A DNA stretch of 63,585 bases, filler included, from Rozella allomycis CSF55 (Eukaryota): the NCBI GenBank assembly GCA_000442015.1. It is 14 parts of 14 records of this genome, joined end to end, with 100 filler letters (N's around TTAATTAATTAA, not from the genome) between each part and the next. Parts side by side here need not be neighbours in the genome. Positions count along the whole stretch, not along the records: positions 43,408 to 53,113 come from KE560715.1; positions 53,214 to 54,720 come from KE560716.1; positions 54,821 to 56,288 come from KE560717.1; positions 56,389 to 59,624 come from KE560718.1; positions 59,725 to 61,031 come from KE560719.1; positions 61,132 to 62,432 come from KE560721.1; 8 more parts are not named here. One strand, 5' to 3'. The notes below the pieces were generated by a model. It saw only the letters and a program-made list of their open reading frames with translations. It was not told where the DNA came from and searched no databases. Positions 48,859-61,353 of the stretch are shown piece after piece (position 1 is the stretch's first letter; the number at the start of each line of letters is the position of its first letter). Made by a program: the position numbers and the translations under genes.

Positions 48859-50973
48859 ATGGAATTGGGTAGGAATGTTTTTGTTTAAATAGATAGAAAA
48901 ATTGCAGAAATTATACCTTGTTGTACAAAAATATGAAAAAAAGTTGGCAGATGATTTTTCTTTTTCTCGCATTCGGAAAGAGTATTTATTGCATAATGTT
49001 GACATAGATACAATGAGGCTTGCGTTAACATTATAATGAGCAATATGGCTATTGCAAGAAAGTATGATATTGAGAATAGAATGTGGAAATATGGAATTTA
49101 TGCTGCAATTGATACTTTTCGGCGAAATGTCAAAAATTGCAGTGAAGACAAGAGAACATCTATTCTTGAACTTATTAATTGGGGTATAGAAACATATCTT
49201 AAAATACTTAAACAATTTAATGATAATGTTGTAAACCTACCAGCGATTGAAACGATACATTTGCTTTTTATTAGAATTGGTGACTTGGGTAAAGTATTGT
49301 AGAGTGTTAAACAGCCCGATACAAGAGCATTTACTTTGATGATAAATTGATAGAGGAAGCTATTGAAATGTATAAAAAGGCTACTGAACTGTTACCATCA
49401 AGTGGCAAGGGATATCATCAGCTAGGGATTTGTTATCTTCAAAAGAATGATTTGTTTCAGTCATGCTACTATTTCATAAGAAGGTTAGCTTAATGTTTTG
49501 GTTGAAACAAGTTATTTGGTGAAACATTCTTACCCTGGAGCGTCCGAGCAAATCTTCTTGATTCAGAGTAGATGTATTCCTGGAAGTCCCCTTTCTATTA
49601 TTTGCTCGTTTTTTAGTTACATCAAGTATAAAAATTTCTATCGCTTATTGAGTATTGACAAAATAGATGCGTCGAATGTAAAATTTGATGATTTGGATAT
49701 TCTACAATTTTCATGTTGTTTGATTGGATGTGTTAAACATCAAGGAAAATTAAAAACAGAACCCAAATTTTTAATTTTGTTTAATTCCGTGCTTGAATAC
49801 TTGTCTATTATTTGCTATGAAAAATGCAGTGAATTATTGAAGGGACCACAAAAGGATGAGTTGGAGATTCTTTTGACTCACCTTTACAAATATTTAATCC
49901 CATTTTTCTTAATTTTTATGTTTGCCGCCAAATATGACGTAATTATTTATTAATTCTATTTTGAGATTTTAGACGAGTTTTCTCAATCTTTAATCGAGAC
50001 TCTAAACACAATTTTACTGTTAGCAGAGTCTTTTCCTGTTGATGATAAAGGTTTGAGATGTGACACATTCTTCAAGTCCATTTCAACTCTTGATGCATCA
50101 AATTGGAATATTAATGACATTTTGCTTCAAAATGCTAAAAACTTGAGTAGACCATTTTTGGATCCATCTGAAATGGATGACATTTCTGATGTTTTTATTC
50201 TTTTCACTAGGCTAATGAAACTATCCAAATCACTGAACGTAAGAGGCCAAATTCAAAACTTTAAAGGTTTTCGACAAGGAAAAAAATGAATTCAAAGTTA
50301 AAATGGAAGAAAAAGAATCCTTAAATGAAAATTGTTTCGTGATGGATGATTCTGACGAATCTGTAGAGATGAAAAATGACGTCATGGCTTTCCTTTCGAG
50401 TGACGAAGAATCTCAAAACGAAGAAATTTCAAAATTAATTCAAAAGAAAAATAAACTTCAAAATCTTGTTGATACTGAAAAACCATCAATTGATCTACAT
50501 GAAGTGGATTTGGTCTTGGACACAAATGTCCTCTTTTATGATCTTAAATGGCTGCAGAAACTAATCGACAAGAAAATTCAAGTTTTTATTCCCGTAGCTG
50601 GTATTTTTTCATCCATCATTACATAGTTTGGATTGAGCTTGCAGGATTTAAAAATCATCCACGTCAAAAATACATTCAAGAAGCAATTGATTACATTGAA
50701 AAAAATGATAAAATACGTATTATAGGACCAACTGCAAATATTATTGATCGTAAACTATTAAATTTTACTCTTGACATATCGTCAACATTTGATCAACTAA
50801 AGAAGGCACACGGGAATGCTGCTATGGATTCAGTAATTTCAGAAACTTGTTTTTACCTCTCCCAAAAGGGAAAGGTCATTCTTATTTCCAATGATCAGAA
50901 CCTTGCTCTTAAATCTACTGCCACTAAAATTGAATGCATAACGTTACGTGAATTGAAGAAATTGATTCAATGA
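48859..50973 (+). CDS. Est1/SMG6-like protein: Est1 TPR region plus C-terminal PIN nuclease
   Basis: IENRMWKYGIY; IRIGDL|ARY...YKKATELLPSSGKGYHQLG; PIN: VLDTNV...VWIEL...MDSVI...ILISNDQNL. Confidence 0.8.
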
Positions 50974-51094
50974 TTTTCTAATTAAGTTATTTCTCGTCGA
51001 TAACGTTTATTGGTGATGAACTCATGGTCGCAAATTCCAAAATAAAGACCCATTTCTCTTTGGCATTTAACATTTTGTAAATTTTCTATTTTCT

Positions 51095-51944
51095 ATGATT
51101 ATTGAACCAGGTACACTTTCAATATATTGTGAAAAAGACGATATTCCTCCTTTAGAAGACATGAGTCATGTCTTTGATAAACCTAAAAATCAGAAAAATG
51201 AGCTCTTAGAACCCAATGCAACAAAAAGCAAAATTATTGAAGATAAAGTCAAATTGAAAAAGAATGAGTTGTCAGGATTTAAAAAGGGATTTCTAAACAA
51301 ACCACTGACATCAAAAAAGACAAATTCTTCGCATAAAGATTCGCCAATTAGATCTAATGATGACAAATTCGTTTTCCGCGAAGTCCAAGACGCAATGAAG
51401 GAAACAAACAAGACTCTAGAAAGCAGAAAAAGTAAAATAATAAAATCTGAATGAAAGGCGAATGGATGAATAATGACTTGTTTGAAAAACTGCAACAAGA
51501 TCATGAGCTTTCTAAAGCAATGGAAGATCCAGGATTCTACTCTATGCTTAACATGATAATTCAGCAGCCTCAAATAGCGCCAAAAATAATGCAAGATTAC
51601 CCACATTTGCAGCCAGTATTGCAAAAATTGTTGAAAATTTTGGGTGAACATTTCACAGGGATCGGAGAAAAACAGGAAAAGGAACAGCTGGAGAAGAATA
51701 TTAAAGAATTACCTGTGCATGAACAGGAATTGGTGAATAGAGTTCTTGAGAGGCCTGACATACAGGTAAGATTTTGAATAGGTGAAGATAGGAAATATTA
51801 AGAGACAAGGAGATGCTAAGGTTTTTGGAAAAGCTTAGAGTTGATCCCAATGGAACTCAAGCCGATATTCAAAAGGCATCAAGCTCTTTTAGAAACAAGT
51901 TGCGCAAATTGTCAGAAGTGGGGCTTCTTCAAATCGACATCTAA
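51095..51944 (+). CDS. STI1/DP-repeat containing protein of unknown function
   Basis: GFKKGFLN; EWMNNDLFEKLQQDHELSKAMEDPGF...LGEHF; C-terminal KLRKLSEVGLLQI. Confidence 0.6.
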
Positions 51945-52006
51945 ATAAAATAAACTTCATTAATACAATCGCAAGCCTAAAGTTACAATTAAATACAACT
52001 TTATTG

Positions 52007-53113
52007 TTACGTCTGTACATTTCCTTTATAGAGGAAAACGTTCTGACTGGTCAAAATACCAATGCATTCTGAATGCTGTAAAGAAAATTGAGATGCTTGA
52101 TGAATAATAGATCCAGATACAGGCAGAATTTGAGTATTAAAGTAACTGTTATTAGAAATATCAATATCCCATATATACAATGAGTTTGATCCCTCATCTG
52201 GGGCGCAAAATGTTGTGTTATTAAGATTATTAGAGAACATGCATGTTTTAGTCATGTGTGTATTTTTTGACGGCGCGTTTATTGAAAGCAAAAATGTAAA
52301 ACCAGTTAATGGATCAAATTTTAGCAGTTGGTGTTCTGTAAATGCGTTATTTGGTCCAAATCTACACGTTAAACAAAATAGTTTGGTTGTTTGATCTAAT
52401 GAAACGGCGGTGAACTTGCAGTTTTCCAAGTTATGTGAGGATGCAGAAATGGATTTCGTCTCGCTCTTTTCGAATGTATTCATTGGCGTTGGCGTATAAT
52501 TTAATTGATTCAGACTACAGCTGACGATTCCACCATTGCAGTCATCATGTGAATAATAGAAGAGTGTGTGAATGGGTGCAAATAAACCTCCCTCGTATTC
52601 TAGTGAATCTAAGTGCATTCGCGTATTTCTTATATCGAACGAATATATTTTGCTTCTGATTGTCCCACTGTAAACATGAAATGGACTTTTAACATCAAAG
52701 CAGCTCGACCAAACAGCATTACCCGAAGGCATTGAGTATCTTTAACATAAAACAAAATCAAAAATACTCTATGATTGTAGAATTCGAGTTGCAGGTATGA
52801 AGCTTTATAAAGCCGTCGAACGCTCCTGTCAACACATATCTTTCTTGATGTGGGCTGACATTAATGCTTCTAATTGATTTGCAGTGTGTCTTGACAGTCT
52901 CGCTTGACTTATTATCAATAAGATTAAACTTGACATAGCCATAACCTTCTGGTCCTACACACTTTGAAGCAAGAAGGACAGAATTGTATTCATCAACGTC
53001 CATAACACAAATTTGTGATCCCTTTTTCGTTACTTCGAAAGAATTTTTAAAGATAAAGGATGTTTTGGTTTGGGTTTCAACAATTTCATTGATGGTCCTG
53101 GACGATTCAATGT
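52007..53113 (-). CDS. RFWD3: RFWD3-like E3 ligase, C-terminal WD40 region; 5' end truncated
   Basis: HCKSIRSINVSP...VLTGAFDGFIKL; AVWSSCFD...HVYSGT...IYSFDIRNT; DEGSNSLYIWD. Confidence 0.72.
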
Positions 53114-53213
53114 NNNNNNNNNNNNNNNNNNNNNNNNNNNNNNNNNNNNNNNNNNNNTTAATTAATTAANNNNNNNNNNNNNNNNNNNNNNNNNNNNNNN
53201 NNNNNNNNNNNNN

Positions 53214-54304
53214 TGATGTTGATTGTGAGCAAGTTGTTGAAGAAATTAGATCCCAGATTGAAGAGTAATAGATTTGGATAAATATTATTAGGCAAACACA
53301 ACTGACTGCTAGTGCTGGAATAGCGTGCAACACACGAATGGCCAAAGTAAATTGATTCAATTTTGACAACAAGCTCTGTTCGAATATAAGAAAGCCGAAT
53401 GGACAATTTTATTTACCGCCGAATCATGAAAAGATGATTGAATTTATAAGAAGTGTTAAAATAAGAAAAGTGAATGGGATTGGCAAAGCGAGTGAAACAA
53501 TTTTAAGAGACTTGCTTCAAATCGAAACGGTTCAAGATTTATTTGATAAGAGAGTTTTTATTAAACATTTGTTTTCAGATATCCAATTCAACTTTCTAAT
53601 GCACGTGTCACTTGCGTTGGGTGCCACAGAGATAGAAGAGTAAGATTTCGAATTAACAATCAATTAGTGACTGTCCAAGAAAAAGTGTGGGATGTGAAAG
53701 AACGTTTCAAACTGAAAGTGATAAGAGCTTTTTGTTTTTAAAGTTGGAAGAAATAGCAGAAGATTTAGCAGAAGAAATGAGTTCAGGTTCACTTTGTGGG
53801 CGATGCATTCATTTGAAATACAAGACTGATGAATTCCAAGTTAGAACAAAATCTAAAACATTGAATAAATACATTTATAATTTCGATGATATTTTCCATT
53901 ACGCTAGTCAAATGCTTCAAGAAGAGTTGCCATTGAAACTACGATTGATGGGAATCCGAATGACAACGTTGGAAAATATTAATGACGTAAACTCTAAAGG
54001 AATTCGCAAAGTAAATANAGAATGACAATGTTGGAAAATATTAATGACGTAAACTCTAAAGGAATTCGCAAAGTAAATAAAATAGTTGGATTAAGAAAAA
54101 TAGTTTTTCAAACCTGTTTGGAGTTGTAAGGACGTAATTGACTTATCTATGGAGCCTGATGAAGTCATTAAGAATTCGCCTGAAGAAATTTTGATTTGTA
54201 GCTCTATTGAGACCGTTGACGAAAAGGTACCAGTCATTGAAATAATTGATGATGCGCCAATCAGGAAAAAGAGATCATTGAAGAGTTACTTTAAAGCAAA
54301 ATAA
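53214..54304 (+). CDS. POLK: Y-family DNA polymerase kappa (DinB), C-terminal part
   Basis: VVEEIRSQI...TQLTASAGIACNTRMAK|LCSNIRKPNGQF; IRKVNGIGK; RKSVGCERTF; LRLMGIRM. Confidence 0.9.
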
Positions 54305-54537
54305 ATTGGAATTATTTTAAAAAAGTTTTGAAAAACTCCTTTAAGCAATCAAGTAACAAGCAAAGCAAATGATGAATAAAAGAGATAGAAGATACTTTTT
54401 TAATTCTTGTAATTTATTTTAATTTATTTTAAATTTGTTATAATGTTGTAAATTTCTTCATTGATTANAACAAGCAATGCAAATGATGAATAAAAGAGAT
54501 AGAAGATGCTTCTTTAATTCTTGTAATTTAATTTAAT

Positions 54538-54720
54538 TTATTTTAAATTTGTTATAATGTTGTAAATTTCTTCATTGATTATTCTTTCTTGTTTCAATAA
54601 TCCTTTAGCGTTTGCTTGAGTTGAATCAAGTCTCTTTATAATCTTAAAGTATTGTTTCATTTTTCTATAATTTATCATCCCATCAATAAAATTTGGTAGT
54701 TCATCAAGATACAACAAATC
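54538..54720 (-). CDS. Possible C-terminal fragment of a RasGEF (CDC25-like) domain protein
   Basis: Manual translation DLLYLDELPNFIDGMINYRKMKQYFKII resembles the RasGEF DLtfidegnpdf.dglINf.K motif. Short and cut by the spacer. Confidence 0.45.
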   Translation of the reverse strand, partial: DLLYLDELPNFIDGMINYRKMKQYFKIIKRLDSTQANAKGLLKQERIINEEIYNIITNLK

Positions 54721-54820
54721 NNNNNNNNNNNNNNNNNNNNNNNNNNNNNNNNNNNNNNNNNNNNTTAATTAATTAANNNNNNNNNNNNNNNNNNNNNNNN
54801 NNNNNNNNNNNNNNNNNNNN

Positions 54821-56288
54821 TCCTCTTGCTGATAAAGCACGGCTCCGAGGCCTCTGCTGGCAGCATCTATAGCAACAATAAAAGGTTTGTTAAAATCAGG
54901 GTACTTCAAATTATTTTACTCCAGAGGACATCTCTGATTGTGTCGTATATTCTCTGATATTCTTCATTATAAACCACTTTCTTAGCTTNACCTCCTTGGC
55001 TACCTCGGGTTCTGCTTTTCATTTGGCAAATGGACTCTGAGTCCTTCGATGACAATTCCAAGCTTAAAAATTGTATCAAGTCCTAGGACGATATTAATGG
55101 GGATGCCATTATCATCGCCCATGTCAAGGACTTCGAAACGATGCTTGATTCTCTTTTCTCCGTGGCAGACATCCACTTCTTCCGTGATTCCTTTCCTTGG
55201 CGTAGTTGATGATCCTTCAGCCAAATGTAATACCCCTTTCACTGGATNAATGTTCCTCGTAAGACTTGGAATGTATTATAATGTCATCGATGTAAACCTT
55301 GACAAAATCATATTTGCTCAAGAATTTAGTCATCACAATTTGGAACTCAGCAGGGATGTTCCTGAAGCCGAAAGGAGCTCCAATGAAGTTGTACTGCTTT
55401 CCATTCCATGTAAATGTTGTTTTGACTTGATAATTNATATTCCATTTAGAATTTCCGTTCAGTTCCTTATTCAAGCCATCTCTCTTCCACTTTTCAACTT
55501 GTTCCGTCACGATTGGTCTCAGACGGTGCGCGATTTGGTATTGGTTCTTTGAAGCCGGTGGGTTGTTACCTCTGTCTGTCCTGATATATGCATTCGGGAG
55601 CGTACAGAATCCTTTTATTGATTGATTTATTTCTAATAAAGGTTTCAGGTGTTCTTTCAAATGATCTGCATATGCCTCAGTAAGAGAATCGAAGTAGGTT
55701 GAATTTGTTCTTTTTTCATCCAAGGATGTGATAGTTTGTTGAAGGTTTGGTTTAGGACCAGTATATTTCTTCTCTTTCATCTCCTCCTTGGCTACAAATG
55801 AACTCGGAGTCCTTCAATAAAAAGGGTTACAGTATATCCCTTCTCTTTAATCTCTTCCTTTGCTACTTCAGGCTGCTACTTTTCATTTGGGAAATGGACT
55901 CGGAGTCCTTCAATGACAATTCCCAGCTTCGACATTGTATCCAGTCCGAGGACGATATTAATGGGAATGCCATTATCATCGCCCATATCGAGGACCTCAA
56001 AACGATGTTTGATCTTCTTTTCTCCGTGGCAAACATCTACTTCTTCCGTGATTCCTTTCCTTGGCGTGGTAGATGATACCTCTGCCAAGTGTAATACCCC
56101 TTTCACAGGATTCACCTTAATCGAAAGCTCTTGAACCATGGCTGGAGAGATGAAAGAGTGAGTACTCATGGAGTCTATTCCCCCACGAGCATTGATTCCA
56201 TTTACTGATATGGCTGTGTACAGAAACTTGACAGGGTTCAAGTTTTTGACCATGTTGAATTGGATTGTTCCTGGTACGATAATCTCGT
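54821..56288 (-). mobile_element. Ty3/gypsy retrotransposon pol fragments (protease, RT, RNase H), collapsed copies
   Basis: Protease IDSMSTHSFIS (downstream part present twice); RT APFGFRNIPAEFQ...VYIDDIIIHSKSYEEH; RNase H LKYPDFNKPFIVAIDAASRGLGAVLYQ. Confidence 0.9.
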
Positions 56289-56388
56289 NNNNNNNNNNNN
56301 NNNNNNNNNNNNNNNNNNNNNNNNNNNNNNNNTTAATTAATTAANNNNNNNNNNNNNNNNNNNNNNNNNNNNNNNNNNNNNNNNNNNN

Positions 56389-58580
56389 AACATTTTCACA
56401 AATTTCTGAATCTATTTCACATCCATTTTGGCCAACAAAATAAAATTCATCTTTTGAAATAAAAACTACTGGATCTTGTTTATAATTACCAGAAACCGGG
56501 ATAGGTAATTCAAATTCAATTGATGAAACTTCAGAATCAGATTTAAAAAAGAAAAACAATTTATTTCCTCTTGTAGTTGCAATAAAATTAAATTCTGAAA
56601 TTTTAAATCTATTCTCAAAGATCTGGAAAATGTCTTTAAAAGTTTTATCTTTGAAAAATAGATTTCCTTTTAGATCTCTTTTCAAAAATTCATTAAAAAA
56701 TGTAATTTCATTTTCAAATTTATTAAATTCAATTTCAATTGGTTTTTTACATTCAAAATTTAATTTATTTCCTTCAATGCATTCAGAATATTTATTCTTT
56801 ATCAACTTTCCTTTAAAGCATTCAAAATCACTAAAATTACATTCACATTGTTCATCAACAAACTCTTTAGTCTTCAAAAGACAATTTTCTCCTCTTTTAA
56901 ATACTCTTCTTTTCCCTAGAACACATTCACTCTTCACTTCAATCAATTCCTCACATTCCTCCATTTCCAAATCAATCACAACTAGATACCTTTCCTTTTC
57001 AGAATTTTTATTATTTATTGCTCTAATTTTCAAATATATATTATTTTCAATTTTAGAATCAAAACTTTCAATAAAAATTTCACTATCAAATTCATGACTA
57101 TGCCACGTTTTTCCATAATCTTTTGAATATTGAATTTCTCTGGTGTCTTTCAAATCAGCCATTAACATCACATTATCAAATATTTTAATTCTCTTTATTG
57201 AATCTGAAATTATTTTAAACGTCATCCCTCCATCCAAACTCAACAACACCTTTTCTTCTTGCAGATATTGTCCGACATTGCCAATCCCTACAACTATCAA
57301 TGGTGATTCACTAACAGCCAATTCATCATTCAATTTTAAATGAACAAAACAATCCAATGGAGTCTATTAAACAAAAATATATTGTCGTACTGATTCACAT
57401 CCGATCCCTTTTGCTTCAACGCTATGCCATGTCTTTCCGTTATCCACACTGCGTCTAGTCTGAATCCTTCCATTCATCTCTACATTCACAAAATACACAC
57501 CTGGAGACCCTTTCACAGCTTCAAATTCTACATTCTCTTGTTGGTTAACATTCTCCAACGTTGCTTCAAATGTTCTTCCAAAAGAATCCAACATTACTAT
57601 TTGCCTTTCAAAACTTTTATTCTCTTCTCCGGCTATTCGTTTTTCAAATATTTTCCCTCCTCCAAGTCTCTTTTGTTCAAATCCCTTGCTACTCAGACCA
57701 TCAAACTCTTCTACCAAATACTTTCTATACAACTGCAAATTATGACCACCAGGATTCAAAACAACAAACACTTCAGCTTCACTCTTCGCACCATTCACAA
57801 ACTCTGGTTCATGAAACTCTAACAAATCTCTCGTCACTTGCACATAAACTTCTTCATTCCTTTTCTATATATTTAACAAAACTCAAATCTCTACCCTCGC
57901 AACAATCAGCCACTCTCTCGAAAATTCAAATCCATGGCAATCATCCACAAGCATCCTAGATTCATTCTCCACAACATCATAACGATACAACTCGCCACTT
58001 TCATTCAAACAAATCAGATTATTCGTCAAAGGGTCGGGATATTCGCACTTGACAACATTCTTTACAGCCTCGACCCATGACTGTCCATGATCGGGACTAT
58101 AATACGCCTTTAATCCCATCACAACTTCATTACCTGGTTACTACACACCGGCAGTCCGCATGGCTCAGATCCAATATACACATACCGATCCTTGGTCATA
58201 AACCATACTCTATCCCCTTGGTACGTCACTGATGCCTTGGCGCTGGGTAGTTTCACCGATACAAAGTTCTCGCGATCATCAATCATCACATGACTATCGC
58301 CCACCAGGAACACCTGTTGATAATTCATCGCATTTGTACCTTGCCATCTTGTTCATAGATGTCATTCGCTATAAACTCAAGCTTGTGCCATTTCAAACCG
58401 TCTATAGTGTACTCCACTTGCGTATCCCGACCATACAGATATACTCCCTGGTGGATCACCTTAATTTGTATTTACCACATCAGTATAATGTGTTCTAGCA
58501 TCGCGAGTGATTTCATGGAAATCGTATTTTAGACAATTGGCTAGTAAAAGGAATGCGGCTGTGAAGATGCAACCAAGCAT
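56389..58580 (-). CDS. VPS10: Vps10/Pep1 sortilin-family receptor, 5' part
   Basis: Signal peptide MLGCIFTAAFLLLANC; BNR/Asp-box repeats (YYSPDHGQSW, RSVDNGKTW, LSLDGGMTF, YSKDYGKTW); IVVGIGNVGQYL; Cys-rich 10CC region CVLGKRRVFKR...CECNFSDFEC. Confidence 0.85.
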
Positions 58581-58873
58581 TGTCATCAGCCACACTGACA
58601 CAATCCGAATGGATACAAGAATTAAACTAAAGATAAAAACACCTGGAATACTTTTTTTATTGCAATTTATATTCATATTCATTTGAAATCGTACCTTTTA
58701 TGTTGGATTTAAACCTGCTTGTTCCATCTATCTTAGCAACTCTCCATGAATTTGCTGTTATATCTTTTTCAAAGATGGTAATCAACATTTCATCATTTCA
58801 TTAATCTTATATCTTTAACTCCAAAGCCAGTCGCGACAAGTAGGTTCTCAGGTTGATACAGCCACTTTTGAAA

Positions 58874-59624
58874 ATGGATATCAAACATTTTACTCATGAG
58901 ATTTTCCTGATAGTTATGTCTCACTTACGCCTTGATGATGTGAAACAAATGTCTAGAACATCACGATGGATTCGGTCACTTTGCTTGGACTTTATTCTTC
59001 ATCAAGATGCTGAGTTAAGTATGTCATGGAGATGTTCATGCGTTATTCAATATTTAATCAAGCAAAGATGCGGGAAACTATTAAGTAAAAATGAGTGCCT
59101 GCTTATCTTGATGTCTACAAAATATAGGGGAAGATTCGTTTGTTTTATAAATTTTATGAAGCAAATTGACTGCACTCGGATAATTTTGGATTATGCGTTC
59201 CAATTTGCATGCCGATTTAATCTAATGCAAGTATTCGAAGATAGAGTGAAAAAAATCAGCGTATTTCTAGGTCAGAGATGGAAGAAAACGGATATAGTCA
59301 ATCCATCGGCCGAAAAAAATCATGCGATAATATTAGCCACCGGAAATGGAAACATCGAGATTGCTAAATATCTTTTGACAGAATCACGGGCTGTTACAAG
59401 TCCAAGAGACAATCTCGCCATTCAGTGGGCTTCCTATAGCGGCCATGCAGATATTGTCAAAATGTTGCTCGAAGACTCTAGAGTAGATCCAAGTGCAAAT
59501 GATAACTTTTCGATTCAGTGGGCTTCCAATAAAGGACATGCAGATGTTGTAAAGATTTTGCTAACAGATTCAAGAGTAGATCCAAGTGAAGGAAACAATT
59601 ATGCTCTTTTTCAGGCATCCATGA
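58874..59624 (+). CDS. F-box-like + ankyrin repeat protein, 3' end truncated
   Basis: N-terminal FTHEIFLIVMSHLRLDDVKQMSRTSRWIRSLC; ankyrin repeats AIQWAS..GHADIVKMLLEDSRVDPSANDN. Confidence 0.8.
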
Positions 59625-59724
59625 NNNNNNNNNNNNNNNNNNNNNNNNNNNNNNNNNNNNNNNNNNNNTTAATTAATTAANNNNNNNNNNNNNNNNNNNN
59701 NNNNNNNNNNNNNNNNNNNNNNNN

Positions 59725-61031
59725 GATGCCTCTGGGCTGCATACCAAATCCTATATGGACTTAACCCAACATAGCTGCAAACGCGGCGCGCTAAATATAC
59801 ATGATAAGATTATTCCAAAACTCATTGACTTAATCCTTCGCGCATTAAGCCATTCTAAGATACCAACAATAACTCTTGCTACTAAATTGCCACTAAAACG
59901 TAAGTTCTGTAGTACCAAGACCAGACATAGAACGACTAGGTCCACGGTATCACAAATTGCATTAAGCTTTTTACCAATAAAGATCTCCTTTTCAACTCCC
60001 ACCACGGATATCCAACGTTTTGAAATATGGTGCGATGGCTCCCTCATGAATAACAATCTTGGCTATGCATCCATAATTATTAATAAAACTTGTCAATCAC
60101 AAATGACTATTTCCGGCAGAATACTCGGACAACCGTCCTCTACAAGGCCCGAACTATTTGCCATTATCAGCGGATTAACACAATGCCCGGCAAACGCCAA
60201 CATCAAAGTATTTAGTGACTCACAAAATGCTCTTACAATTATGAACACCATTTTTTCCAAGTTCTCTTACCACACGCTAAAACCCACTAAAACGCCTAAC
60301 CTAGATATTATTGACCATGCCCTGTACCTCCGATCACAATTCGCAGGCTCAATTCTTTTTGAACATGTAAAGGGTCATTCAGGTATAGAACTAAATGAAC
60401 TAGCTGATCAACAAGCTAAAGCGGCCACACTAACCAGCATAATACATCTAACCCTCTTTACCGACTCAACAAAACTACTACCTATACCATAACGATATTC
60501 TTATAACACAACCNATAACCCAGATATTATTAACCATGCCCTGTACCTCCGATCACAATTCGCAGGCTTAATTCTTTTTGAACATGTAAAGAGTCATTCA
60601 GGTATAGAACTAAATGAACTAGCTGATCAACAAGCCAAAGCGGCCACACTAACCAGCATAATACATTATATTCCCTCTTTACCAATTCAACAAAACTACT
60701 ACCTATACCATAACGATATCCTTATAACACAACCGCCTCGCGCTCTCATTCATCAGGTTTTTAACACATTAAGACAAAACGATCTCGAATCTAAATACCN
60801 CCAGCATAATACATTATATTCCCTCTTTACCAATTCAACAAAACTACTACCTATACCATAACGATATTCTTATAACACAACCGCCTCGCGCTCTCATTCA
60901 TCAGGTTTTTAATACATTAAGAATAAACGATCTGGAATCTAAATACCACCCCGACGAATTAAGGTTCATCTCCATGCACAACTCGGTTATCACCTGCACC
61001 AACACAGACAAACAAAGCGATCTTTCGTTTC
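59725..61031 (+). mobile_element. RNase H region of a probable non-LTR retrotransposon, several overlapping copies
   Basis: IWCDGS...SSTRPELFAI...VFSDSQNAL...EHVKGHSGIELNELADQQAK. Intronless, A/C-rich and duplicated across single-N joins. Confidence 0.7.
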
Positions 61032-61353
61032 NNNNNNNNNNNNNNNNNNNNNNNNNNNNNNNNNNNNNNNNNNNNTTAATTAATTAANNNNNNNNNNNNN
61101 NNNNNNNNNNNNNNNNNNNNNNNNNNNNNNNGTAAGAAAACCATATTGTTTTCGGGAGACCGAAAACAATACTTCAACAAAGATAGGGCTTTTTTTGATC
61201 ATTTAAATATTTTTCATACTTCTCCTGAGCTTCGTTGTTCAAAGATTTAACATGACCATAGATTTGGCAACTCTTTCGGTAAACTTGCAGCGTGTTAGCA
61301 TAGTCCTTGTCGTTAGCTTTTTGCGGAACGGGAGAAGCAGGAACGTCTAGTAA

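Noticed and set aside
59755..60492. Cellular RNase H1 gene
   Set aside because: There is no hybrid-binding domain, the sequence is intronless with multiple near-identical copies, and its composition is atypical. A retroelement origin fits better.
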